DNA of 64,000 nucleotides from an uncultured Candidatus Saccharibacteria bacterium. GTDB lineage: Bacteria > Patescibacteriota > Dojkabacteria > SC72. The stretch lies in NCBI GenBank assembly GCA_964480345.1, contig CAYZNW010000001.1:1348-65347 (forward strand), read 5' to 3'. The stretch's first letter is position 1, and each line of letters opens with the position of its first letter. A program made the position numbers and the translations under genes. A model generated the notes under the pieces. It was not told the DNA's origin, searched no databases, and saw nothing but the letters and a program-made list of their open reading frames with translations. Positions 1-9,774 of this stretch are shown in pieces.

Positions 1-51
1 TTATTTTTGACACCCTCTCCCATCTATATAATTAACAAGCTAATTCCCCTA

Positions 52-1539
52 TTAAACAGCCGAGTCTAGCCTGTTAGAATAAAATTCTGGCTCACAAGTA
101 AGCGTAATCTGAAGATTTTTAAGCATCTTCAAATCTCCGTTATGTAGGATGTATGTAGAGTGTGCCTCACAACCCTTCAATTTCTGTATACTACGCAAAC
201 CCTCCTCTACAGTTGGATTAGTCACAGAAGAAATACTCAAAGCAATTAAAACCTCCTCTAGATTAAGAGAGCTATTCCTATTTAATACACTCTTAGGCAT
301 TAACTCTAACATAGGTTTAAGAACAGAAGGAGAAAGCAACTTAATATTATCAGGAATTTTAGACATCTCTTTCATCGCATTTAAAATCACACTGCTAGCA
401 GGACTCAACAACTCTGTTTCTTTACCTGTTATAATTTTTCCATTAGGCAACTTCAAAGACACAACATGCTTCTGCTCTTTTTTCGATTTTTCCAAAGCAG
501 GCTTTACAACATCTAAATACTCCTCATCAATACCTAGCTCGTTCATTAGCTTCTTTACTCTTTCAGGAGTTTTAGAATCTGCTAAACCCAATTTGTAATT
601 ACACATTTCATTGAAATATCTTCTAACTATCTCTTTCTTAGCAGCTTCCTGAATAACCTTATCATCTGATATACACTTTCCTATCATGTTTACACCCATA
701 TCTGTTGGAGATTTGTAAATATCTTTTCCAGTAATACGGTGAAGAATTGTCTTCAGTACAGGAAATACTTCAATATCACGATTGTAGTTTATGGCCTTAA
801 CTCCATACTCCTCAAGATGGAAGTAATCAATCATATTACTATCTTCTAAATCTGCAGTAGCTGCCTCATAGGCCATATTTACGGGATGTTTAAGAGGAAG
901 ATCCCATACAGGCATAGTCTCAAACTTCGCATATCCTGCATTTACACCTTTAAGATGCTCATGGTATAGCTGAGACAAACAGGTTGCTAATTTACCAGAA
1001 CCTGGACCTGGAGCTGTCACCAGAATTATCTTTTTATTTGTTTTAATATATGGGTTTGCACCGTATCCCTCTTTACTTACAATGGTATCGATATCTGTAG
1101 GATACCCTTTTGTAAAGCGATGGATATATGTTTTTATCTTAAATCTTTTTAACTTCTTTATGAATTTATCTGCAGTTGGTTGATTTTTGTAAAGAGTTAC
1201 CACTACAGAGTTTATATTAAAACCCATCTCCTTCAAGTTATTCATTAGACGAATAACTTCCATATCGTATGTAATTCCATACTCTGCCCTTACCTTATTC
1301 TTCTCTATATCTCCAGCATTTATACAGAATATTATTTCCAAATCATTTTTAAGCTCTAGGAACATCTTTATCTTCGCATCTGATTGAAATCCTGGTAAAA
1401 CTCTTGCTGCGTGAGTATCATCAAAAAGCTTACCCCCTATCTCAAGGTATAGTTTGTCAAAAAGTTTAGTTCTTTCAAGAATATTCTTACTCTGTATCTT
1501 TACATATTTTTTATTATCAAATCCGAGTTTCATTTTCAA
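52..1539 (-). CDS. DUF1846/UPF0371-family protein (about 495 aa, conserved in Firmicutes/archaea)
   Basis: Length and motifs (FDKLYLEIGGKLFDDTHAARVLPGF, TAPGPGSGK) recalled as UPF0371; no search possible. Confidence 0.4.
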   Translation of the reverse strand: MKMKLGFDNKKYVKIQSKNILERTKLFDKLYLEIGGKLFDDTHAARVLPGFQSDAKIKMFLELKNDLEIIFCINAGDIEKNKVRAEYGITYDMEVIRLMNNLKEMGFNINSVVVTLYKNQPTADKFIKKLKRFKIKTYIHRFTKGYPTDIDTIVSKEGYGANPYIKTNKKIILVTAPGPGSGKLATCLSQLYHEHLKGVNAGYAKFETMPVWDLPLKHPVNMAYEAATADLEDSNMIDYFHLEEYGVKAINYNRDIEVFPVLKTILHRITGKDIYKSPTDMGVNMIGKCISDDKVIQEAAKKEIVRRYFNEMCNYKLGLADSKTPERVKKLMNELGIDEEYLDVVKPALEKSKKEQKHVVSLKLPNGKIITGKETELLSPASSVILNAMKEMSKIPDNIKLLSPSVLKPMLELMPKSVLNRNSSLNLEEVLIALSISSVTNPTVEEGLRSIQKLKGCEAHSTYILHNGDLKMLKNLQITLTCEPEFYSNRLDSAV

Positions 1540-1607
1540 ATATTATATTAGCATATACGGTATGCAAGCACATGGTAAAATAAAGAATTGACTTTTAGAC
1601 ATACATA

Positions 1608-2447
1608 ATGAAGATAGCAATATTTAGTGATATACACAGCAATAACTTAGTGCTTAAAGAGATTTTGCACAAGCTAAAAGATGAGGATATTAATGAGTAT
1701 ATTTTTTCTGGAGATTATATTACTGATGGTTTTGAAGACAATGAGATACTAAGTTTGATTAGATCCATCACTTCAAACATAATTGCTGGTAACAGAGAGG
1801 TAGCTATTGCTTCATATTCAGATAATTCATGGGAGAACATTAAGCAGTTGAAGTCTATGTTGTATTCTTTTCGAAATATGACAGAGGAGAACAAAGAATA
1901 TTTAAAGTCTTTACCTATATCAAAACTCGTTAATATAAACGGTAAGAAAATTAGTATTTCACACGGCTCTCCATACAATACTAGAGATGCTGTTTGGAAA
2001 GATAGTTATGATGTATTTGATCAGTTGATTAATGAATATGACGCTGATATCTACATCACAGGCCATACTCATAGAGCTTTTGATACGACATATAAAGGTA
2101 AGGCTTTTATTAACTCAGGTGCTGTAAGTGGCCCTATTAGTGGCGAGCCTGTTGCCACATACGGAGTTTTAGAGATTGATGGTGAAGATATAAAATATTC
2201 TCCAAGAATTTACAAATATGATTACAATGCAGTAAAAGAATACTACTTAAACAGTAAATATCACCAAGAGTGTCAGGAGTGGAGTAATTTGCTAATTTAC
2301 ACTCTTAGAGATGGGTTTAGTTACAGTTGCGATTTCATAAAATATCTCAATCAAATAACCAACGAGGACCAAGTAGAGAATAGTAAATTATGGGACGAGA
2401 AATTTAAAGAGTACTGCAAGCTGAACAAATTAAAGATTTTAAGATAG
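1608..2447 (+). CDS. Calcineurin-like metallophosphoesterase
   Basis: N-terminal MKIAIFSDIHSN, GDYITDG, GNRE, GHTHR metallophosphatase motifs. Confidence 0.8.
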   Translation: MKIAIFSDIHSNNLVLKEILHKLKDEDINEYIFSGDYITDGFEDNEILSLIRSITSNIIAGNREVAIASYSDNSWENIKQLKSMLYSFRNMTEENKEYLKSLPISKLVNINGKKISISHGSPYNTRDAVWKDSYDVFDQLINEYDADIYITGHTHRAFDTTYKGKAFINSGAVSGPISGEPVATYGVLEIDGEDIKYSPRIYKYDYNAVKEYYLNSKYHQECQEWSNLLIYTLRDGFSYSCDFIKYLNQITNEDQVENSKLWDEKFKEYCKLNKLKILR

Positions 2448-2455
2448 TCTACTCT

Positions 2456-3169
2456 TTAAGTAGATCCTTTAAGAAGGACTCCCGCTATTCCTTTCAAAAA
2501 TGTCCCTATTATACGAAAAACAATCTTAACTGCCCCTATTACATCATCTATGAACTGATCTATGCTTTTTCCTGATGGAGCCGTTACAGAGTGGCTATCA
2601 ATCCCTTCTAAAGAAGCAGATGCTTCATCTTTCGCTCCTTTGACTGATCCTCCGTATTTTGAATATAAAGTAGAATACTCAGGCATCAGAGGTAGTATTT
2701 CATTAATTTCATCAAGTGTTAAGTATCCGTTATACCTTCTAGATACAAACTCTATTATCTTTTCATTTTTCTCATTATTACCGTATACATCAAAGAAAAT
2801 ATTTAATTCTAAAATCTCGTTATTAAAACCTACTGCCCTCACACTCGATTCATTAACTTTTTCTACATACTCTGCCAAGCTATCTTTATTTAACTCACCT
2901 AACTGATATGTCGATGTAATTGTATTAATAAAACTGCTATTTGCTTTTTTGTAATTTTCCAAAGCATCTACCCTATCTACAAAAACACAATTTAAAGGAT
3001 TATCTGTTTCATCAACATATATTCTTAAATTCCTATCAATCTGCCCATATTTCTCAACCTCAGAACATGGCAATGGGGGATTTGTTTCCTCAGCTGATAT
3101 CTTAATAGGAGAAAGGAGTAAAAAGCACGCGAGTAAGGAGAAAATTGTTATACATTTTTTCATATGCAT
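2456..3169 (-). CDS. Secreted hypothetical protein (N-terminal signal peptide)
   Basis: Hydrophobic leader MHMKKCITIFSLLACFLLLSPIKISA; no recognisable domain. Confidence 0.45.
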   Translation of the reverse strand: MHMKKCITIFSLLACFLLLSPIKISAEETNPPLPCSEVEKYGQIDRNLRIYVDETDNPLNCVFVDRVDALENYKKANSSFINTITSTYQLGELNKDSLAEYVEKVNESSVRAVGFNNEILELNIFFDVYGNNEKNEKIIEFVSRRYNGYLTLDEINEILPLMPEYSTLYSKYGGSVKGAKDEASASLEGIDSHSVTAPSGKSIDQFIDDVIGAVKIVFRIIGTFLKGIAGVLLKGST

Positions 3170-3235
3170 ATCCTTATTAACATGTTATATCAAAATAATA
3201 CACTAAATGAATATATTTTTCACCAGATAAATACA

Positions 3236-5062
3236 CTACCTTTTCATCTCAAACATCTCTCGCAACTCTTTAACAGTTGTAGCATCATTCGCACTCTTAT
3301 CTCTCTTCCATTCTACTAGCCTTGGGAATCTTAAAGACAAACCATCTCCTACCCTATCTCCTGTTATTCTTTTTGTAATTTCATCAGCCTCTACAGTAAA
3401 GACTATTTCTGGATATACCCAAACATCTGGTATTAAGAAATCTGGACATAGTACATTTTGAAGCTTCTCTTCTATATCCATATTTTCAAACTGTTTTTTC
3501 ATACTCTCGAGTAACTCATCAGTAAAACCTGTACCAACTTTACATATGGCTTCAAATGTATCTGTATCTTCATTGTATAAAGCTCCTAGGACAGCTCCTA
3601 CTCCTAATTTAGATCGTCTACCGGAACCTCTGTAATATCCGACACATACAAGATCTACAGTATCAACTAAGGTATTAACCATAGATTTCTTCAGCTTAAT
3701 CCACTCATAATTTCGAGTACCAGGCAGATATCCTCCTTTACCATTTTTCACAATAACTCCCTCGTTACCATCTGCAATATTTTCATCGAATATTTTCTTC
3801 AAGCCCACAATATCATTTACACTTGCTGTTATACATCTGTCTATACTTTCATGCATATCCAAATTATCTAATATATCTACTCTTTCTGAGGTATCAATTT
3901 GAGATAAATCTTGACCATTTAAATACAAGATATCAAAACACATTGCTTTGACTGGAATATCTTGTTGTAAAGAATTCACATCATACTTTCTTCTTCTTTG
4001 CATTGTTTCTTGAAAAGAAAGAAATTTACCATCTCTGAAACCGAGTGCTTCCGAATCAAGTACAAAAGAATCATACTTAAGGCTCTTGGCAGACTCCACA
4101 ATTTCAGGAAACATATCGGTAACATCTTCTAAATTACGAGTAAAGAGCTTAACCACCACATCATTGCTCTCAGTTACAAAAAGACCTTTCTCATCATTAG
4201 GTAAATATTTCTCCCATATAACATCTATATCCTCTGTAGGATCATCTTTCTTCTGATATTTATGAATTTGACATCGTAATCCATCAAATTTTGGTTGAAC
4301 CAATATCGGCATTTCAAATCTTTCAAATACCTCTTCAAAGGAACCTACTCTTTCTACTAGTCTTGGCATCACTGGAATACCTGGTAGGAGAGATACTTTG
4401 TTCAAATTTGATATAGCCTTATCTTTAGTAGTATTAATGATGAGAGAGCAGATATATCCGATATCTGTCCTAACACCATACGCTCTAACTAACTCCTCCC
4501 TTATACTTTTATCTCCAGATACTACAAACGAGAAAACATCTAGTAATGTTTTAGCATTTACACCAAATCTTAATTCCCCACAGATTATACGAGCAAAATA
4601 TTTTGCTTCCAAATCCGAGAATGTTTTCAAAGTATCAATTATTAATGAATTCTTTCTTTCTACAGAACCAGTACCTGTAATATTCATAATCTGCCAAAGA
4701 AGATCATATATCTCTAAAAGAGTTCTGTTTTCTGACTTAAATTTACTGTCTACAACAAAGCTCATAACTGTTTCTCCAATATCTCCTGTTTCGTTTCTTT
4801 TGTCCTGGATATCAATTTTAATACTGTTTACCTTAGCGTATGAAGTTAGCAGATTCAGAAGGCTTTTTTCTGAATAGTTAAATTCGCAAGACACAAAAGG
4901 AGGGGCTATCCTTCCCAGGATTAAGTAAGAGAGTATTTCTGCCTCTTGTTTCTCTAGTTTGGAATAAAAAACAGAGAGAATTTCAGTGATCTCGTTTCTA
5001 GATGGAATCTTCTCAATTTTCTCAAGTATTTCACTTACTTCTCTAAATGATGTTTGTGCCAT
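3236..5062 (-). CDS. ATP-dependent DNA ligase, three-domain (DBD-NTase-OB) archaeal/eukaryotic-like size
   Basis: Motif I KFDGLRCQ (KxDGxR), motif IV EGVIVK, motif V WIKLK; 608 aa. Confidence 0.85.
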   Translation of the reverse strand: MAQTSFREVSEILEKIEKIPSRNEITEILSVFYSKLEKQEAEILSYLILGRIAPPFVSCEFNYSEKSLLNLLTSYAKVNSIKIDIQDKRNETGDIGETVMSFVVDSKFKSENRTLLEIYDLLWQIMNITGTGSVERKNSLIIDTLKTFSDLEAKYFARIICGELRFGVNAKTLLDVFSFVVSGDKSIREELVRAYGVRTDIGYICSLIINTTKDKAISNLNKVSLLPGIPVMPRLVERVGSFEEVFERFEMPILVQPKFDGLRCQIHKYQKKDDPTEDIDVIWEKYLPNDEKGLFVTESNDVVVKLFTRNLEDVTDMFPEIVESAKSLKYDSFVLDSEALGFRDGKFLSFQETMQRRRKYDVNSLQQDIPVKAMCFDILYLNGQDLSQIDTSERVDILDNLDMHESIDRCITASVNDIVGLKKIFDENIADGNEGVIVKNGKGGYLPGTRNYEWIKLKKSMVNTLVDTVDLVCVGYYRGSGRRSKLGVGAVLGALYNEDTDTFEAICKVGTGFTDELLESMKKQFENMDIEEKLQNVLCPDFLIPDVWVYPEIVFTVEADEITKRITGDRVGDGLSLRFPRLVEWKRDKSANDATTVKELREMFEMKR

Positions 5063-5063
5063 A

Positions 5064-5435
5064 TTATTCTGTATATCTATACATAGTTGATTTCGTTGTA
5101 CCTTCCTGAGTAACTAAACCTTCTTTAATCAAAGCATCTAAATCTCTCCTAACTGTTCTGGTAGAGATATTTGGTACTAAAGCATATATTTCGCTTGGAG
5201 ATACTATCTTTTTTCTTCGTATAGCATTAAGTATTATCCTCTGTCTTTCTGTAATACTGTTCAAAATCTCTCCACTATCTACAACTGCTTCTTCTTGCCC
5301 TCTGTTACTAGCTTTTCTCTGTTTAAGAAATATGAACAGAAAGAAGCCAAATATGAAAGCTAAGATATAGAAAATACTTTTCTCTGAATTTTCACTCTTA
5401 CAATCGTCTTTTTCCATAACACTTCTTTGTAACAT
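5064..5435 (-). CDS. Small membrane-anchored protein with C-terminal DeoR-like winged-HTH
   Basis: TM segment IFYILAFIFGFFLFIFL; C-terminal IILNAIRRKKIVSPSEIYALVPNISTRTVRRDLDALIKEGLV resembles DeoR N-terminal HTH. Confidence 0.5.
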   Translation of the reverse strand: MLQRSVMEKDDCKSENSEKSIFYILAFIFGFFLFIFLKQRKASNRGQEEAVVDSGEILNSITERQRIILNAIRRKKIVSPSEIYALVPNISTRTVRRDLDALIKEGLVTQEGTTKSTMYRYTE

Positions 5436-5484
5436 TAGCTATATTAGATAATATCATTTATGCAATAAGGTTAAAAGGTTAGTA

Positions 5485-8154
5485 TTACTCCAATTCTCCC
5501 ATATTCTTCCCTTGGGAAGCGCTAATATCCAAAGGGAGATTCATCGACACAACATTTTTGGTAATATCTTCAACTTTTTTCTGAAAATCATCAATTCTAC
5601 TCTCTTTAACTTCGAAAATAAGCTCATCATGAATCTGTAACAGTATATGAGCTTCATCTACAAATTCTTTTGATATGAGTTCATCTATTTTTACCATAGC
5701 TAGCTTCATAATATCAGCCTCACTACCCTGTATAGGCATATTTACAGCTTCTCTTTGAGCAGCTTTCAAAACTCTAAAATTCTTTGAGGAAAGACCTCGT
5801 ATATGCCTTGTTGTACCAAATATAGATTGCACATAACCTTTCTTGTAAGCCTCCTTCTCTAAATTCCTAATATACTCCTCTACTCCGAGATAATGATCAA
5901 AATAGCTCTGGATATATCCAGATGCAAGACTCACATCAATATTTAGCATCCTAGCAAGACCAAATGCAGTCTGACCAAAAAGAATTCCAAAATTCACTGT
6001 CTTACCTAGCCCTCTCTCACTTTTTGTAATATCTTCAACGCTCTTGTTAAGAATTCTGCTTGCTGTAGCTTTATGAATATCTATACCATCAGCAAAATCT
6101 TTAATTAGAAGGTCATCATTCGCTAAATGAGCCATAATTCTTAATTCCATCTGTGAGTAATCCACTCCAAGGAACTTATATCCATCTCGAGCGATAAATG
6201 ACTTTTGTATCTTCTCTGCCCACTCTCCCTGTGCTGGTATATTTTGCAAATTGGGATTAACAGAAGAGAATCTTCCTGAAGTAGTACCTGTTTGTTTGAA
6301 ATCAGTATGAATTGTATTTTGTCCATCTTTTACTAAATCTAATAGAGGAAGGACATATGTACTTAAAATTTTATTTAATTCTCTGTATTTCAATATTTTC
6401 TCAATTGCAGGATGATACTCTTTCAGCTCTTCTAGAAAAGACACACTAGTCGAAGCCTTTTTGTTTGCAGGTAAACTTAATTCATTAAACAATACATCAG
6501 AAAGTTGCTTTGGAGAATTAATATTAAATTCATGTCCTATTGCTTCAAAGATATCTTTTCTTAAATCTTTAATTTCCTCTGAGAGGTTCTTTTCGAGTTC
6601 ATTCAACCATTGAGTATCTACACATATACCTCTACTCTCCATCTTATGTAATATTTGTGAAATTGGAATCTCTATTTTTTGCAGTACATTTTCAAAATAT
6701 TTTTCATGAATATTTAAAAACTTGTTTAGACTCTCTTTAGTATAGTCATACAATTCAAGCTCATTTGCTGATTGAATCTGCCTCTCTTTTATCTCTCCTA
6801 TAGTGTCTAAAACTTCCTTCATTTGTGATGGATGAATCCTGTCTGGGAGCACATTACTAGCGTAGTTGAAGGTGATATCTTTTAATGAATATCCTCTTCT
6901 TTCCGAATTGATTAGATGAGCGAAAAGGTTAATATCATGTATCGGTACTCCATCTTCTATTTCATACATACCAACAGAGTTTTCAAAGGAGTATGTTGTT
7001 GTTTCACTCTTTAAGTTAATAGTTACACTTTCTTCTTTACATACAAAGTCTTGTTCCACACCATCTGCTTTCCTTCCTCTGATAATTATGAATTTTTCTC
7101 CAATAGCTGATTCGTCAGTATCGATATATGCACTGGTAATCTCTTTACAATCCTTCAAAAACTCATTGATTTCGTCAGATGTACTCCATACGGTGTCCTC
7201 TACAGGTGAGGAAAAAATATCTAGTTGGGTAGTAATTGTTTTAGGTTCATCTTCTTTTAATTTATCCAATCTAGTTATGAGTGATCTAAATGCATATTTT
7301 TTGAATACCTGGATAACTTTATCTTTATTAAAATCATTTAATATACAGTTATCTAAATATGTAGATATATCTACATGTTGATCTATGGTGGCTAATTTTC
7401 GACTTAGTTCAGCTTGCTCTATACCTTCTTTAAACAGTAGAGCTTGTCTTGGTTTTAACTCTGCTAGATGCTCATATATACCGTTTAATGATTGATATTT
7501 TGCTAGTAATTCTATTGCGCTTTTTGCCCCTATTCCTTTTATACCTGGGATATTGTCTGATGGATCTCCTGCTATTGCTTTGAAATCTATAACTTGTTCT
7601 GGGTAGTAGCCTAGATAGTTGTATGTTTCTTCTCGATCGTATGCTACAAGGTTTTTGAAATTGCCTGATGGAAGACATACTTTTACATCGCCTCCTACTA
7701 GTTGTAACAAATCTCTATCACCACTTAAGATATATAGCTCTATGTTTTCATTACACCATTTACCCTCTTTAACTAGTCTGGATATTGTTCCTAGTATGTC
7801 ATCTGCCTCATATCCTTCTTTTTTCAATATTGGGATATTAAATGCTTGTAGGACTTCTTCTACCATTGGGAATTGGTCAATTAGTGACTGATCAGTTGGC
7901 TTTCTTGTTGATTTGTAATCTGCAAACTCTGTATGTCGAAATGTTGGTTTTGCAGTATCAAATGAGCATAGGACATATTTCGGATCAAAAAGTTCTAAAG
8001 CAGACATAAGCATGACGGTAAAACCGTATACAGCGTTTACCTGCAGTCCTTCTTCAGTTTGAAGAGATGATGGATATGCATGAAAGGCTCTATGCACAAT
8101 GGCATTGGCATCTATGGCTAAGAATCTGTCTTTGCCGTTTTTTACTAAATTCAT
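5485..8154 (-). CDS. polA: DNA polymerase I
   Basis: 5'-3' exo N-terminus (FLAIDANAIVHRAFHA), 3'-5' exo-sized middle region (not examined for motifs), motif B RGLGKTVNFGILFGQTAFGL, motif C QIHDELIFEV. The ORF track start at 8169 is GTG; ATG at 8154 gives the canonical N-terminus. Confidence 0.9.
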   Translation of the reverse strand: MNLVKNGKDRFLAIDANAIVHRAFHAYPSSLQTEEGLQVNAVYGFTVMLMSALELFDPKYVLCSFDTAKPTFRHTEFADYKSTRKPTDQSLIDQFPMVEEVLQAFNIPILKKEGYEADDILGTISRLVKEGKWCNENIELYILSGDRDLLQLVGGDVKVCLPSGNFKNLVAYDREETYNYLGYYPEQVIDFKAIAGDPSDNIPGIKGIGAKSAIELLAKYQSLNGIYEHLAELKPRQALLFKEGIEQAELSRKLATIDQHVDISTYLDNCILNDFNKDKVIQVFKKYAFRSLITRLDKLKEDEPKTITTQLDIFSSPVEDTVWSTSDEINEFLKDCKEITSAYIDTDESAIGEKFIIIRGRKADGVEQDFVCKEESVTINLKSETTTYSFENSVGMYEIEDGVPIHDINLFAHLINSERRGYSLKDITFNYASNVLPDRIHPSQMKEVLDTIGEIKERQIQSANELELYDYTKESLNKFLNIHEKYFENVLQKIEIPISQILHKMESRGICVDTQWLNELEKNLSEEIKDLRKDIFEAIGHEFNINSPKQLSDVLFNELSLPANKKASTSVSFLEELKEYHPAIEKILKYRELNKILSTYVLPLLDLVKDGQNTIHTDFKQTGTTSGRFSSVNPNLQNIPAQGEWAEKIQKSFIARDGYKFLGVDYSQMELRIMAHLANDDLLIKDFADGIDIHKATASRILNKSVEDITKSERGLGKTVNFGILFGQTAFGLARMLNIDVSLASGYIQSYFDHYLGVEEYIRNLEKEAYKKGYVQSIFGTTRHIRGLSSKNFRVLKAAQREAVNMPIQGSEADIMKLAMVKIDELISKEFVDEAHILLQIHDELIFEVKESRIDDFQKKVEDITKNVVSMNLPLDISASQGKNMGELE

Positions 8155-8176
8155 ACTGTATTTTAACACAAAAGGT

Positions 8177-8190
8177 CAGACCTAGGTCTG
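8177..8190. repeat. Palindromic repeat copy 1 (CAGACCTAGGTCTG), 5' of polA start and 3' of surface-protein gene
   Basis: Perfect 14-bp palindrome; related copies at about 12701-12722 and about 12887-12908. Confidence 0.5.
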
Positions 8191-8202
8191 TTAGGAAACT
8201 AT

Positions 8203-8236
8203 GAGAAAAAAGGGTACTGCAGACACAGCACCCTTC
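8203..8236 (-). terminator. Intrinsic terminator for gene 8260..9654
   Basis: Minus strand: GC-rich bulged hairpin (GGGTGC...GCACCC) followed by TTTTTTCTC. Confidence 0.5.
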
Positions 8237-8259
8237 TTTCAATCTCATGTATAAACACA

Positions 8260-9654
8260 CTAGAGAACTCCTACATTAATACAACCCTTTTGACCTGCAT
8301 AGGATGTTATATATACACCTAAAGGACTACTTACGTTTGTAGTTGTATTGCCTGCTTTTATTGTTATTCCACTACCTGATAAAGGAGAGACAGATATACC
8401 AGCATAGTTATTTCCCAAACTGATATTTGACCCTGTATTTAAACTAACATACTGAGAAGCTCCTTTGTTTAAGGATAAGTCCTTACAACCTGGAGCTGCT
8501 GGAAAGTCAGTAAAATTGTACTGAAGCTTAGCCTCGGTAACGATTGAAATAGCATTACTCTTTATTCCACCCATCTCAGCCCAGATACTATTTGTACTTG
8601 CAGCAGCAGTATTCGTAGTGGTAACCTCTCCTGTATTAGGATTGAGACCAAGCGAACCAAACTGACCTCCTATATTGCCTGAACCCTTGTATACTACAAT
8701 TCCTTTGCTACTCGGATCTGCATCTGCTGGAAGATACTGTAATGTTGGTCTCGCAGTTCTCAATGTCGTATCTCCATGGTATAGATATGTTCTGTTATAT
8801 GTAATCTTTAGACCTGTCACAGGATTTGTAACAGTAACATTTGCTATTGCAGATTTCCCATCTGCAGTTTTTACTGTAATAACGGCAGTACCACTAGCTA
8901 CACCAGTTACCACTCCATTACTTACAGTCGCTACTCCAGTATTACTAGAAGACCAAGTAACAGCTTTGTTAGTAGCATTTGCTGGTAAAACTGTCGCAAC
9001 TAATGTATCAGAAGCTCCTTTTCTCAACGCAACACTTGTCTTATTCAATGTAACACCTGTTACCTCTACTGTCCCTGGAGTCACAACCTTAGAACTCTCC
9101 GTCTTCTTCGAATCCTCTTTCTTTACCTCTTCCCACTGAGCAGCTAATGTAATATCTTCGCTAACTAAAGTCTCAAAATTATACTCTGCACCGTTTAGAA
9201 ACCATCCTTTGAAAGTAAAGTTATCCTTATTTGGATCCATTGGTTTAGCTACAGCGGTATTCTCTACCACTTCAATTACATTAGCTTCTAAACCATTGTC
9301 TGCATTAAATGTCACTTTAAATGTTTTCGCATCATTAGAAATCCAATTAGCTACAAGCTTTATATCTTTTGTAATCTTGGTAGAAGGAGCAAAAGTTTGT
9401 CCATCTAGTAACCAACCATTAAATTTATACCCTTCTTTAGTAGGCTCTTCTGGTAGTGGTAAGTTTTCACCTTCTTTTACTACTACTTTTTCAACAACAG
9501 TACCACCATCAGTATCGAAAGTAATAGCATATGTTTTCTCTTTGTTTCCAAAGATAATAATGGCAGCTATAACTGCTGCTATTACTAGTAAGATTCCACC
9601 AAGAATGTAAGGGAATTTCTTACTCTTTAAGATTTTATTTAATTTGTCCTTCAT
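8260..9654 (-). CDS. Surface protein with two InlB-B/Listeria-Bacteroides (flg_new) repeats and a Big_2 Ig-like domain
   Basis: N-terminal TM/signal; YAITFDTDGG...GYKFNGW and FKVTFNADNG...FKGW repeats; Big_2-like VTGVTLNK...AVITVKTADGKSAIANVTV. Confidence 0.65.
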   Translation of the reverse strand: MKDKLNKILKSKKFPYILGGILLVIAAVIAAIIIFGNKEKTYAITFDTDGGTVVEKVVVKEGENLPLPEEPTKEGYKFNGWLLDGQTFAPSTKITKDIKLVANWISNDAKTFKVTFNADNGLEANVIEVVENTAVAKPMDPNKDNFTFKGWFLNGAEYNFETLVSEDITLAAQWEEVKKEDSKKTESSKVVTPGTVEVTGVTLNKTSVALRKGASDTLVATVLPANATNKAVTWSSSNTGVATVSNGVVTGVASGTAVITVKTADGKSAIANVTVTNPVTGLKITYNRTYLYHGDTTLRTARPTLQYLPADADPSSKGIVVYKGSGNIGGQFGSLGLNPNTGEVTTTNTAAASTNSIWAEMGGIKSNAISIVTEAKLQYNFTDFPAAPGCKDLSLNKGASQYVSLNTGSNISLGNNYAGISVSPLSGSGITIKAGNTTTNVSSPLGVYITSYAGQKGCINVGVL

Positions 9655-9774
9655 AATTAAAATAAATAAATTAAATAGTTGTTTAATTACTAATGATTAA
9701 AGAATATCAGAATAAATCTATATTTACCACTTTTGGATATTAAAAAGAAACCTATATATTAGGCCTTTTTCTTC

